64,000 nucleotides of DNA from Lama glama (lineage: Eukaryota), in contig CM052816.1 in NCBI GenBank assembly GCA_028534125.1, positions 77,378,001 to 77,442,000 of the forward strand, read 5' to 3'. Below, in pieces: positions 35,998 to 48,963 of this stretch; position 1 is the first letter of the stretch; each line of letters opens with the position of its first letter. A program made the translations under genes and the position numbers. The notes beneath the pieces were generated by a model, which ran no database searches, was not told the DNA's origin, and saw nothing but the letters and a program-made list of their open reading frames with translations.

Positions 35998-38900
35998 CAG
36001 TGTCCTGTTTCCGCCTCCCCCACCCATCACTTCAGTCTGCCATCTCATTAAGCTCTCGTCAGCACTGGGCGTCTGGGAGGGATCCTGTGAAGTATTGAGG
36101 TGGACTTCACTCGCGCAAGTTACACTGCAAGTGTTAATGTGCTTTTAATGCTTTAGTCTAAAAGCCAAAGTACAGTAACTCAGAAATTCAGTCCACACAT
36201 CTCATGATTTGGAGCTTATTTTTGATTCAAGGCAAAAAATTCTCCCGTCGATCTACCTTCAAGAAGCATTCAGTAATGAATACTGCCCAGTCCATACCTG
36301 TGAAACAAATCCCGCAGTAACTATATTCTGTTCTGTTGTCCACCGTCAGGTTTTCTCATGCATATACTTTATGGAATTGCAAGCAGATTTGCAGGCAAGG
36401 GCGAAAAATATCAGAGAAACAATGATGTTTATTTGGCCTTTGCTCCATTCTAGATGAAAACCAAACAAAAATTTCAAAGTTTTGACATTATTCTCTGTCC
36501 CTGCAACATTTAAGAAAGTTGGTATAATTTTTAATGTAGTAACAGCTATTTAGTGTTTTGTTTGATAAAGTATACTGATTTCTGTGCCTACTGTATAATG
36601 GTTAGCAAACAGTTTTCTCAGGGGTACAAACTTGGAAAACGAGTGTGACACTGACCAGCCCAAATCAGAATCATGCTTTCTTCCTTTTCATTACTTTTTA
36701 GCTTTTATGCTAGCTTCCCTAATTAGGTTGCCCTAATATTTAAAACTTAAACTTCTAAGACTATCGATCTTAAGTTTTTAAGAAATTTTTTCAGTGACAC
36801 AGTGTCAATTTAATAAATATATGAAGAAACTAAATATTATTCATAAACATATATAATCCCAGTGACTTACTATTTGAGACAACTACTAAGCAATATCTGG
36901 CAGCATTAGCTGTCTCTGTAGTTCTGATTGGCTTCAGGTCCTCCTGAGAAGACTGCACTCTGAGCCCCGGCTGCCCAGGCAGTGACGATCTTTGACACTT
37001 CATAGTAGGTGTTCCTGTGCATCTTAGCAGTTCCTGCCTCTTAAATGATCATCCATCCAGACTATTTGATTCAGTCCTCACATTTTTAAATATAAAACTG
37101 AAAAGATAATGCTTCTTACGGGGACAGATACTCAAGGGCTATTTTATATGAAGTGTCATGAAACTGATTTGAAGCGATGGGCGTACCTGTATTCAAGGTG
37201 CAGCAGTTGCTTTGGGAGCTGTCCAGAGTTGTGTCTTCACAGCATCCTCTGCTACCCCTGGTTTTCATAAGCGATGTCTAGAATGAATGTGGTTCTTGGA
37301 AAAGCAGAATGAAAAACTCTAAAGTGTATCTTACATTTTCTCTGCCCTCGGGTTGTCTATGTATTTCGTCCTTTAAGAGGTAAGGCAAAAGTAACGTGAA
37401 AATTTGAAAGATCTGAATAAGTCAAGCTACGCCTTTCTTAATTGTCTGAGTTTCTGTAATGTGTTTGCACATAATGGATTGGGTTTTTTTTCCTAGTTCA
37501 TAATGTATCATTATAAAAACCATGTTGTGGAAAAAAGCCACAACAAGGATGAAAAAGGACAGAAATCTATTTAGGTACTCTCTCAGTGAATCCTGATTTC
37601 TAATTGCTAGGTTTCAGCTAAATTCCTGAGCTTCCTGGTGTATGGACATGGAGAGTGAAATACAATCAATTATGTGTACACACAGTGTAGTAGAACTACA
37701 TCATAGCTCATAGACATCTTCAACAGTGAAAACCGTATCAAACCAGAGCCACCTCTAGACAGTTCCCAGATGCTGAGACCTGGGGCTGTCTTCTCTCCCT
37801 GCCGAAGTTTGTCATGACCACACCCCTCTCACCCCAACTTGTGCCTTTCTCCCCATTAAAACTCACTGGTCCTGTACTTCATCTCTTTAGGATAAGTGTT
37901 GGCTAAGGTAGCGTTTATTGATCTAAACTCCACCACCTTGAGATAATAAGAGGCCAGAAGAGATTGTTTGATCTCTGTTATGAATGCATGTGCATTTCAA
38001 CTGTGACCATCTGGATCCAGTGCCCTGTCTAACCTGTACAACTCATTTGTTTGGCTGATGGTGAATATCACCGGGGCTCTTGGGTCCTTTCACTCCGTCC
38101 AAGATTTCACCACTTTTTCTTTATGGAAAAGATTCAGAGTGCAGCTCCCCTGTCCCTTGCCTCTGGAGATCGGTCCACAGGGATCAGTAGGTTAATGAGA
38201 AACAGAACTGCTCTATTAGTTGGGGCAGGCTCCTTATAACCTGTAGCATATTTGAAAAATGTGGTTTAAGTCTGAGGTCAGAACAGATTTCCTTGTGTTT
38301 TCCCATTGAATTGAAGACAGCCAGACCTACTGTGTAGATGGGAAGTTATTACCTCCCCAGCCCCCACTCCACCTGGGCACAGGGGGACAGGGAGAGAGGA
38401 GGGGGCAGGGGAGAGAGAAAACACCCTCTGTCCCATATCCGGTCCATATTGTGGCCCTGGAGACCCTGATAAATGTGCACTGTTTGTCAGTAGTGGGACC
38501 ATGTGCACCTGTGAAAAGAAGGCTTGCTCTGTCCAGTCAGATTAGCATCTCTTCCCAGGGGAGGGCTAACTAAACTGCTTAGAAGAGTTGGGGGTGGAGG
38601 GGGCTTTAAGTATTTCCTCCAGCCCTTCCTAACTGGGAAAATAATTGGGAAACCCCTCTTTTTCTGCTAAAACCCAATCATTGGTTAGAAAATTCTAAAT
38701 GTCTGAACTAGCATCATATCCCATTATGTCTGTTGAATGGTACTGTGTAAAGGACATGTTTTCACATCTCTTAAAGCCAGTTCACTCATCAGCCATTTCA
38801 AATCAATCTTCCCTTCTGAGGAATGGGGATTCTGGTGGTCATTGTGACTGCATTTCTCTTGTGAGTGGCCATCTTAAGTAAACAGTATTTAATATGAAAA

Positions 38901-41900
38901 TATTCTTGGAAGACTTAGCTAAGCTTTTGACATTAGCTAGACCTCGTAGATTATGTATTGCATGGATTGGCACCCATATGCGATGGAAGTCTTCAGTGTG
39001 CTGACCCTGTAGAAGCCTGGGCCCCCGTATCAGGATAGTTGAGTCATGTGTTTACGTGCTTAGATGGTAGAGGTGCTTTGTTCCCGCAGCTTAGACACAG
39101 AAGCAGCCATTCATGGAAAAGTTTAAGGGCAGAAGTATCAACCTCATTTTCCATACCAGCATTGCTTTCACGGCTCATGGATCTGAAGGATTGCATTTAG
39201 AACATCTAGTCCTGTTGCACTTTCGGAAACTGTGGTAAAAGTCACATTCTTAAAACTTCATGCAACTTGTATTCTTGTTGGAAATTAATCCTGTGAATTC
39301 TCAATTGCCTTTATGCCGTCCATATTTAAAGAACATGACAGTCCTTTCTATGTTTGAATAATTACATGTAGTTTAGTTAAGGATACTAGGGAACATTTTC
39401 TTCCAAAAGGAATTTGGAGTTGGTTTTATGGTATTTAGAAATTAAAGTACTCCCTTACATGTCAATATGCAGAAAATGTTATCTCACATTTTTCTACTGT
39501 TCAGGCACATAATCTGATAAAACTTTTTTTTCCTATTTACTCAAGTAATTTTTGCTGTTTTCTGTTTTGAACCATGTTGAAATGTGGATATCTTTTATAA
39601 AATGCCTTGTTTTCTTCTTTTGAAAGTGTAAAATTGGGCATATCAAAAGTCAAGTGTGGGATCATTAGCTAATTACAAAGACTAGGCACATTGTGGACGG
39701 TCAGTCAGTGTCTTAGTGACAGAGTTTTCCTGAAAGGTGGTACACATTTACATCTAGCTTGTGTAGATCTGAGACTGTTGGCTGGAAGGTTCAACTCTAC
39801 TGTAGAAGCGACTCCACAGTGTGAGTGAAAACTTAGAAAAGACTCATGCAAAAGTACCACTAGGTATCTTACTCCAACCTAATTTTAAGTGTTCACAGTA
39901 TCTTTTTATTTGATGGGTACACACTTGGGACATATTTGTACCAACCCATATGTGTTCTAGCAGACCAACAACACATTGATGTGTGAGCTTAATGGATTAG
40001 TACAGACAGTCCTGTTCTTGATAAACTATTTATTTCAAACTGGCATTTCCTGCTGAAACAAAGTTTCTTGGTACCATGCCCATCTTATTTTTCATACCCA
40101 GAAGAAAATCTTTCACAGAAGAAAATGATTTGTGGCTAAACTTCCTGGAAATGCATCTTATAGACATGACCTTCGGGTAGCATTGGGAATGATTGTTTTG
40201 AATTTGATCTATTTATACCTTCATGGATTGTGTACCAGGCTGTTAATATTTAAACTTCTTGTTTCGATAAGGTGGTAAGATTTTTTATTCTTTTTCAATT
40301 AATACTTTTTTCTTAACTATTACATGATGATATTCATGCTAATTATAATACAGGTGAACTATTTTCAATGTTGTTAATGGGAGATTAAGGACAACAATCA
40401 GCTAATTGATATATCCGGCCTTATTGTGCATGGTAAAATTTCAGGGAATGTGATTTGAATATATCCAAACCCTTACAATTATGATCTTGAGTTATGACAG
40501 GATTCTGTAATTTTTAACCATGAGTGGTACTTGTTTTCTCCCCATATTAAGAATGTTAATATTTTGGATTATAAGTGTCCATGTTACAAAGAGAATTTGC
40601 CTGTGCAAGACAAATTCTAACTGTGCAACATTTTTATGAAAATTGAAAATAGTCTTTTAAGAGGGATACCCTCTGAATATTTTTATGTGCAGCTGCCTAG
40701 CTGAAGAACCATAGAAACAATAAATTCAAAAGCTCTTAAATAAGTAAACTGTAACTGATTGAACATTAACCAAATACAAAACAGTAGTAACTTATATTCC
40801 TTTTTGGTTGCTATAACTGAATACCCTGAAAACCTAGAGATGTGAATGAGGGGGAGATGTTTAATTGACAAGGAAACTGATTTTTATTACATTTTCATTT
40901 ATCTTCTAAGATAGCCTTTGCAGTAGCCAATGAGAACTTTAAAGCAAATAAACAAAACTAACAACATAGGCCTTATGCTGCACTGAAGCCAAAAATACTT
41001 TGTATACCTAATTGAATGGCTCACTGAAATGTGCTGAATTTCTTTACACATTTAAAATGTACTTTCCTTTAGACATACTCATTTTAAATAGGTGACTTTC
41101 GGTTTCTGAACTTACTTTTTTTCCTAAGCGTTCCAGTGGTATATTATAAAAGATCAAAAGATTTCTAGGTGGTAATACAGTTTTCATTAAAATATGGACA
41201 AGTTAACTGTTAGGTTTAACCTTAGGATCAATATTTTTGTAGTTGATCATAGGAAACAATACTGAATAATGATTTTCATAAAAAAATTTTTTTCAAATAC
41301 TCTGTTTCCAGTTTGATTTCCAATACTTTTCTCCATTATTTATGATATATCTTTCTGTTTAATTTTTTCCTTCCAACATAATGTTTTGGGAAAATGTGAC
41401 TACGTTATGACTACATCACAAAAAGAAACCCTATTCCGTTCACTGTTGTGAACTTGTTTTATCCAATTATTTTGTCCAAAAGGAGCAAGGCTTTTTCTTA
41501 AATACATTTCAATTCAGAATTGCTTGAAAAAGATTGGCCTGGATAGAAAGACATCCTGAATTTGAGATGGTGCCACCTTCAATGTATGTTCAAAGGTCAA
41601 GTCATTTTAAAACCCTCAACTTTCTTTCGTAGTAGGAATGTGTTATCTTTTCTTCTCTTTCATCAGCTGGCCACAACTCAGAAGTCCTTATAATGCTAGG
41701 AAATTATCATTTTTTACTTTCAAAATTGCATTATAGTGAATTACTGTTTACAAAATACACATACTGTGAACAGATATAAGTTTTTGTCTTTTATAAGGTT
41801 GTTTGTAGAATGAGTGTTTTTTTAAAGGGATGTTATATGTTCAATATTTTCAGTTTTTTATAAATACTAGTAACTGTTTACTAATTTTCGTTTGGTCAGG

Positions 41901-42490
41901 TGTGTGCAGATGTAGCTGAAAGATAGGGAGAAACTGCAGGTCCAAAACTGTTTCCTTTTTCATTTCTTGAAATGTTACCACTACAGACTTAAAAAAACCC
42001 AAAAAACCTGAATGATCAGCTGTGATGTTCTGTACCTAAACTCATGCTTAATCATATCAGGAAACATTTAAATATACACATACAGGAAGTAAATTATAGA
42101 TTGCAGTATATTTGTCTGATTCAGTCTGATTCACAGAATTCTGAGTTTAATGTGGAATAAAACAACTCCATTTACAGAGATGACAGCTGAAGTATTTTCT
42201 GCCTTGTGAAAATTTGGAGATTATGTTGCTGTTAGAAGGGAAAATTTGGACATTTTATATCATTGTATAATTTCAGAATTTAGTTTCCATATCTTTTGGG
42301 AAACATGGTTATAGCAAGAACATAGACTATAAGTAACCTATTACTAAGACACCTTAAATGTAAAACTAGTATGCTCGGCTGTTAACTCTGAAGATGTTAC
42401 TTATGTTTGTTTTTAAAACATGCATGTATTTAACAATTTTATCATAGTATTGTCATGGAAAAAAATAAATATATTTTCTTACAACTTAAT
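35998..42490 (+). other. LIFR: LIFR long 3' UTR (end approximate)
   Basis: AT-rich, with no young TE recognised, from the stop codon to AATAAA at 42464-42469, followed by a T-rich downstream tract. LIFR is known to have a multi-kb 3' UTR. Confidence 0.7.
42464..42469 (+). terminator. Probable distal polyadenylation signal of LIFR
   Basis: AATAAA with upstream TGTA (tgcatgtatt) and a downstream T-rich element (~42514-42527). Confidence 0.65.
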
Positions 42491-42912
42491 ACTGATAGAT
42501 TTGGGCATTACTCTTTTTTTTTTTTTTAGCTCCTGCTTTAAGCACTTAGGAAAAGTGGCTTCTGCTTGGTTGTTAATAATTTGATTCTATCTCATAAGAA
42601 TTACAGTGATTATGAAGCAGCCACATAGGGCTGTGACTGAATTTTTATACATTACTATGCCATTGATATAACCTTCCATATGTGCCATTAACTTCCATTA
42701 CCAGCGAAGTTACCATAAAAATACCAAATAGTGGGAACCCAACATTATAAAACAAATACTAAATAAATACTGGTCCCTAGAGTATGTTTTTTTAATTTAT
42801 TTCCTCTGAAGGTAAACATTTCTGAAGACTCTAGAAATATATCCAAATTCTGTCATCAAGTTACTCAATTTGGAAATATGGGTCATTGATTCAGAAAAAC
42901 CTCAGTGATTTT

Positions 42913-43197
42913 TTAACAGTTATTATTGATTTTAACATTTTTTATTGATTTATAATCATTTTACAATGTGTCAAATTCTAGTGTGAAGCACAATTTTTCA
43001 GTTATATATGAATATGTATATATTCATTGTCACATTCCTTTCTCTGTGAGCTACCATAAGATCTTGTATATATTTCCCTGTGCTATATACAGTATAATCT
43101 TGTTTATCTATTCTACAGTTTTGAAATCCCAGTCTATCTTTTCCCACCCCCTGCCCCTTTGGCAACCACAGGTTTGTATTCTGTGTCTGTGAGTCTA
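42913..43197 (-). mobile_element. Young 5'-truncated L1 3' end with target-site duplication
   Basis: Antisense L1 3' UTR (ccctgtgctatatacagta...ccctttggcaaccacaggtttgtattctgtgtctgtgagtct), flanked by agaaaaacctcagtRatttt at 42893-42912 and 43198-43217. Confidence 0.85.
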
Positions 43198-46069
43198 AGA
43201 AAAACCTCAGTAATTTTGAAGTATGAAGTGATCTTAAATAGAATTTCATACGGGGAGAAATTAAGTCTTTAGTCTTATGTAGCCTCCACTTATCCAGAGT
43301 AACAACTGTTATGTTATGAATAGGCCTATATTTAACCTGAAGAAACTGTAGACCAATCTTAAATTAATTGTTAAACACATGTTAGTATTTAAGTACTGAA
43401 AGAGCTCATACATGTGGTCTTTCCTTCAGGGAGATCTCAGTGCATAACTAGTTTCCCAGGTGGTAAGTTCTTGAGCCAAAATGTATAGCGCCATCAACCC
43501 CAGGAACTTTGAAAGGGTCAAAAAGAGGAATGATGTAATTATTAGGGGAAAGAGAAATAGAGATGTATGAATGAATCATCTTTTTTTTTAATGTATCATA
43601 TTTAACCTTAAACTAAACTGTTAGCTTACAAACTCAAATTCATCACAAAAGGCCTATGTAGGAATTAGTTTTGAATGGCCTATAAATTTGATCCATTACC
43701 CTTCCCCTAGAGTGACTAATAGTAGAATTGAATTAAAAGTGCTTATTCAGTCTGCGAGAACCAGCGAGGCTGAAGTAACGAGATGTCTTACACTGATTTG
43801 GGATTAAACTCGAGATGATTTTACCCAGTTTCAGCACTGACTACCTGGGCCACCCTGGAGAACTGACTTAACCACATTCTCATTCTCCTCAGCTCTAAAC
43901 TGTGGGTCTTGATAACCTGCCTTTACATAACTGTGGGGATTCCAGAGAGTGTACATAACGTTCCCAACAGAATAGAGGTCAGATGATTACACGTGTCTCT
44001 AACCCTTGAGAAACCTCGGGAAAACCTCAGACTTTCTGACCAGTGCCTGAAAGGTGTAAATGCCTTAAAACTGGTTTAGATGCCCCAGAGGTGACATCTC
44101 TCAGGTACCCAGAGGGGAGTTACCCAGCAGAAGGTCTGCAGGTAAAGCACGGGGTCTCTGCCCACGTGGCCCAGTGCTGCAGTCCTCACCTTTCTTCACG
44201 TGGGTAACGTCTTCCAGCCTTGGGTCTCAGTTGAGAAGATGCTGCTCACAGAGGTCTTTTCCAGCATTCCAGGAACCCTGCTGTCTGCCTGTCCAGCAGC
44301 AACCCCTCTGTGGTCCGAGCACAATCCTAAGGCTTCATCTGATAGTAGGAATTGAAGCACGTCTTAGTCACTGCTGCACCTACAGAGCTTAGCAATGTAT
44401 CTGCCACGTCACTAGTGCTCAATAAATGTTCTTTAAATAATTGTGCCTTGAAAAAATAAAAAAGTGGTTGAATGTGTGTCTCTGGATATTAGAAATATGT
44501 TGTCTTACAGAGAGGTGGCCACCCTGTGACATGGTCTCCAAGGATGGAAAGACAGAGCAGACCTCGTGGAATGTGAATGCCTTCGGAAGAGGAAGGAGGC
44601 TTCCCAGGTCCGCCTGGGGAAGATGCTGTTTGTGGTAGATGCTCTTATTGCTGAATGCGTTACCCTTTGTTCTGCCTCAAAGGAAATGTGCCTTCATCCT
44701 CTTATCTCTTTGACAAAAGCATGTAGGAGATAAATGGGCATTAGCTGAAGTGACAATAGCTTAGAGCCCTTCTCCCAACCACTCCCCACTCCGCATCTCT
44801 TCCTGCTTTGAAATATATCTCTTTCTCTAGGTCAAGTTCTCTATATCCTTCCAAATGGCAAGGGGCATGACCAAGGGATTTGCTCGTATTCCCACCTCCC
44901 ACCCAGTCACATATCTGCTTCTCCAGGAGACAGTCCGTATCCCATCTCCCGATCTGCTAGGCATTTACTTTGTGGGTAGGTAAGCCCTGGAACTTGCTGC
45001 AGGTGACACTGGACTTTAGTCTCCTCCTTCACCCAGAACTGACACATATCTGTTCTCTGTAGCCAGAACTTTCTTCTCTGGGCCAGAGAGCTGGGCTCCT
45101 GGCTCCATGCTCCTCCAAGTTAACAGCCTTATGCACAGAGAGGAGAGGGGGTCCCTACTCCCAGCAAGAACTCTGGCCTGGCCTGTGTCACATGTTCATC
45201 CCTGGTCCAGAGGTTCTGTTCAAAGTTACTTTCATAAATATTACATAGCTATTGGAGGAGGACAAGAGAAGAAGGTGATATTCTGGGTGGACAAAACAGT
45301 AAAATACTACAGCTCACTGATCAAAAACTGGAAAATAAAAGGAAAAAGAAAAATTCATACACTCTTTTTATGCACCATTAGCTATTTTTAGCATTTTACT
45401 TTTTGTCCTCTCAGACATTTTCCTATGCAAATGTGTATGTAATTACATTTACATATATTTTCATATGTATATATACATGTATATGTATGCATATATAAAA
45501 AGGATTATATTAAATATTCTAGTTTGAAACTTGATTTCAAAATTTAACATATTTTGAAAATCTTTGCCTGTCAATAGAATATTTATATGGCATTATTCTT
45601 GCATGGATATAGAAAATTCTATCATATGGATGAATTCTTTAATTCAGCATTCTGGACATTTGTACAGTTCACTTTCCATCAAATAATGGATAACATTGAA
45701 AGGCAGGCGAAGATGTTTGGCCCTGATTTGTTTGGGACTAAGGAGCGACACTTGAATTCACACTAGTGCCATTGGAGGACTCCCACACCACCTTTCCTAG
45801 GAGGTAAAGTGCCGTCTTCACCACCAACAGACTTGAACATTTTGACCTAATGCAGAGTTCTCCTGCTCACATGCCGTTTCCCCTAAGACAATGGGGTGGC
45901 CGGCAGGAGCTCGGGGTGGGGACTGCTCAGGGCTCCGGCTGAGTGGTCACTGGTCACAGCAGCTGCCCGGCTCAACTTCCTCAGTCCTAGGGTGCCCACA
46001 GCATCCACTGAACTCTGTGCTGGGTCCCTAGTCATTGGTGAAGGGTCCCAGGACCCAGGGGAAACAAGA

Positions 46070-46569
46070 NNNNNNNNNNNNNNNNNNNNNNNNNNNNNNN
46101 NNNNNNNNNNNNNNNNNNNNNNNNNNNNNNNNNNNNNNNNNNNNNNNNNNNNNNNNNNNNNNNNNNNNNNNNNNNNNNNNNNNNNNNNNNNNNNNNNNNN
46201 NNNNNNNNNNNNNNNNNNNNNNNNNNNNNNNNNNNNNNNNNNNNNNNNNNNNNNNNNNNNNNNNNNNNNNNNNNNNNNNNNNNNNNNNNNNNNNNNNNNN
46301 NNNNNNNNNNNNNNNNNNNNNNNNNNNNNNNNNNNNNNNNNNNNNNNNNNNNNNNNNNNNNNNNNNNNNNNNNNNNNNNNNNNNNNNNNNNNNNNNNNNN
46401 NNNNNNNNNNNNNNNNNNNNNNNNNNNNNNNNNNNNNNNNNNNNNNNNNNNNNNNNNNNNNNNNNNNNNNNNNNNNNNNNNNNNNNNNNNNNNNNNNNNN
46501 NNNNNNNNNNNNNNNNNNNNNNNNNNNNNNNNNNNNNNNNNNNNNNNNNNNNNNNNNNNNNNNNNNNNN
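46070..46569. other. Assembly gap, exactly 500 N
   Basis: Direct count from coordinates; a round number typical of fixed-size scaffolding gaps. Confidence 0.99.
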
Positions 46570-46819
46570 CTGCTCTATTGAGGTGTGACTCTGTGCTTTG
46601 CAGTGGGAGACGGGAAAGCAGGCATTCTCCTTCCTAAGGCTCCAAACGGGGAGCAGAGCCAGAGTATAAAGCCAGGTCTCCTGACTTTAGATCCTCAGAT
46701 CTGCCTGAGCTGGTGAGCACTGGGCCGAGGACTCCTGTCCATGCTCAGCTGTATCAAAGTCCTCTTTCTTCTCCTTCCTAATTTGTAAGTGGGGAGTATA
46801 TGACAGTAACATACTAGAA

Positions 46820-47040
46820 TAGGGGTCACAAAATTGTTCTCTAAATGGCCCTGATAATAAATGTCTTAGGCTTTGCCATACATTCCCTATTGAAACTACT
46901 CAAGTGTACCACCGTAGCATGAAAGCAGTCATAGACAATATATAAATGAATGAGGAAGGCAGTATTCCAATAAAACTTCGTTTACAAAAAATGCATGGTG
47001 GGCCACATGAGGCCGCCAGGCTGTAGTTGGCCAATTGCTG
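46820..47040 (+). mobile_element. MER58A-like hAT-Charlie MITE
   Basis: aggggtcacaaa...aaagcagtcatagacaatatataaatgaatg...ttccaataaaacttcgtttacaaaa...gctgtagttggccaa; flanked by CTAGA-containing 8-mers. Confidence 0.8.
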
Positions 47041-47219
47041 CTCTAGAGATGGATCCTGGAAAGAAAGACCAGGAGCCTCATATAAACCCAGAGCTTCAGG
47101 CAACAGTTCACTCTAGCAGACTGGGTTCTGGCTCCCTCTGCAGCCCTCTGTTTGACATGATCTGCACTGTCTGAAAAAAACTGCAAGGTGATGCTGAAGG
47201 CAGCTGGTGAAGGGGTTAC

Positions 47220-47363
47220 CTGAACACCAGGGCTCCATCCCGAAGGCCCAAGGAAATGAAGTCACTGTTGGGTCTCATGGGGCTGTCTCCCCTCCACATC
47301 AGCAGGCCGTCTTTGGCAGTTGTCTTAAACCTCATGAATGCATTTGATCGTGATCCTGACACC
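47220..47363 (-). CDS. EGFLAM: EGFLAM exon, 144 nt, laminin G domain 3 (last EGFLAM exon visible)
   Basis: ttccag|G...TTCAG|gtaacc; [47 protein letters not shown]. Confidence 0.96.
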
Positions 47364-48544
47364 CTGGAAGGAATACACAAATAATTGCACCTAAACAACC
47401 AGTCTCCACCAACATCCACTTCTAAGTAATCCCAGTTCTGCCTGCCGGCCTTGAGAAGCTAGTTATAAGGAAAATCAGACATTTCTGAGACTTACTACCA
47501 AGAGATTAGAAAAGGCGTCACCACCACGAGTCATGCCACGGGCCTGAAAGTGAGCCACTCACTCTGCAGGAGTGTATCTCTTCCCAAGTGTGGTGAAACC
47601 CCACAGGAGAGCATCTGATGAGTCACAGATTAGCCAGACTCTGGCCAGTGCCACAGGCACAGCCTGCACTCCCAATACACACCTCAGTCTCCCCTCTTTC
47701 CTGCCTCCCACTCAAGGGTCCAAGAGAAAGTGTTCCTTATTCCCCAAAAGGAAGTGGTTTCCTTAATTCAAGAGTAATTCAAGTTGGCAGCTGCTCTGGG
47801 CTATGATCATGGCTGTGGATGGCCATCTCTGGAGGTGACTGTCCTTGAGGACAGAGGAGGAGTGACTGAGAGGGGACAAAGTGTCAAATAAGGAAGGCGC
47901 CTTGATGGGGTAATGGCCTCAAGAGGCTTTGGAACAGAGGCTGGGTGGAGAGGAAAAGGAAGCCGAGAGGAAGGAAGGGGAGCTGAGGCAGGTCAGGTCC
48001 TGGCTGGGAGCAGGGTCACGTGCTTGTGTGTTTCTGTCAGTTCTAGGGGTGTTCTTGTCAATTCTTGGGAACAGACCAGTTCAGAGATCCAGTCTCACTA
48101 GAGTGACCAGTATTTCTTCTGATATAGGCAGAAAAGCAACCATAAAGTCTTTAAATAGAAGGTGAGGTAAGAGGAAACATAATTTAATATTGCTACCAAG
48201 ATGGCACTTCTGGAAAAGTCCCTTTCTCCATTTTCCTGTCATGTGTACCACCCTTCATCTGTCTCACAAACCTGGCCTGGAGCCGTAGAGTGCATTCAGT
48301 AGTGAACAGTGGAGGGGACTTTTGTCAAAGGCTTCCCAGAGCCTGATCTCAACAGGAAGAGTTCAAGTTTGCCCTCCGCATGGAGGGTCTCAGAATGGTG
48401 AGCAAGGAGCTGGGTCCATAATGCTGACTTCTCCGCCAGGCCAGGTGCAGAGCAGTTCTGTCCTGGGCCATTCCGTAGAGATCTGTTTTTCCCAATCTTT
48501 CCTTCCAGGTTCCTTCCATCCCTCATTTGCCTTGCATACACTGA

Positions 48545-48963
48545 TTTATACTAGCCAATCACAATGGTTCCATTTATCTTGCAGTGATTGGTTTAGGGGT
48601 GGGCATGTGACCCACTATGGTCCAATGCGCTAGAGGAAATTTATCAGGAGGATTCTAGGAAAGATTCCTTTCCTTTTAAAAAGAGTCATATTTTTTAAAA
48701 CTGGATATTGCCATGATTTATAGCCATTTAATGAGCATCTTATAAACAGCTGTCTTGTAACCACAAAAGGTATGGCCTCTGGAAAATATACTGAAGCAGA
48801 AAGATGGGTCTTTGATGATGCAATTGATTCTCTGAATTAATCAACCCAGGATCCAGTCTAAATCTGGACAGCTTGTTATATGAAATAATAAATACTCTTC
48901 ATGTTTAAGACATTTTGAGCTGAGTTTTCTGTTACTTATACCCAAAGCCATCTAATTGAAACA
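48545..48963 (+). mobile_element. Old MaLR LTR (MLT1K/L-like)
   Basis: gtgattggtttaggggtgggcatgtgaccca...aataaatactcttcatgtttaag...gttttctgttacttatacccaaagcc. Confidence 0.7.

Noticed and set aside
45896..46637. 230-aa and 200-aa ORFs
   Set aside because: Artefacts of translating through the 500-N gap.
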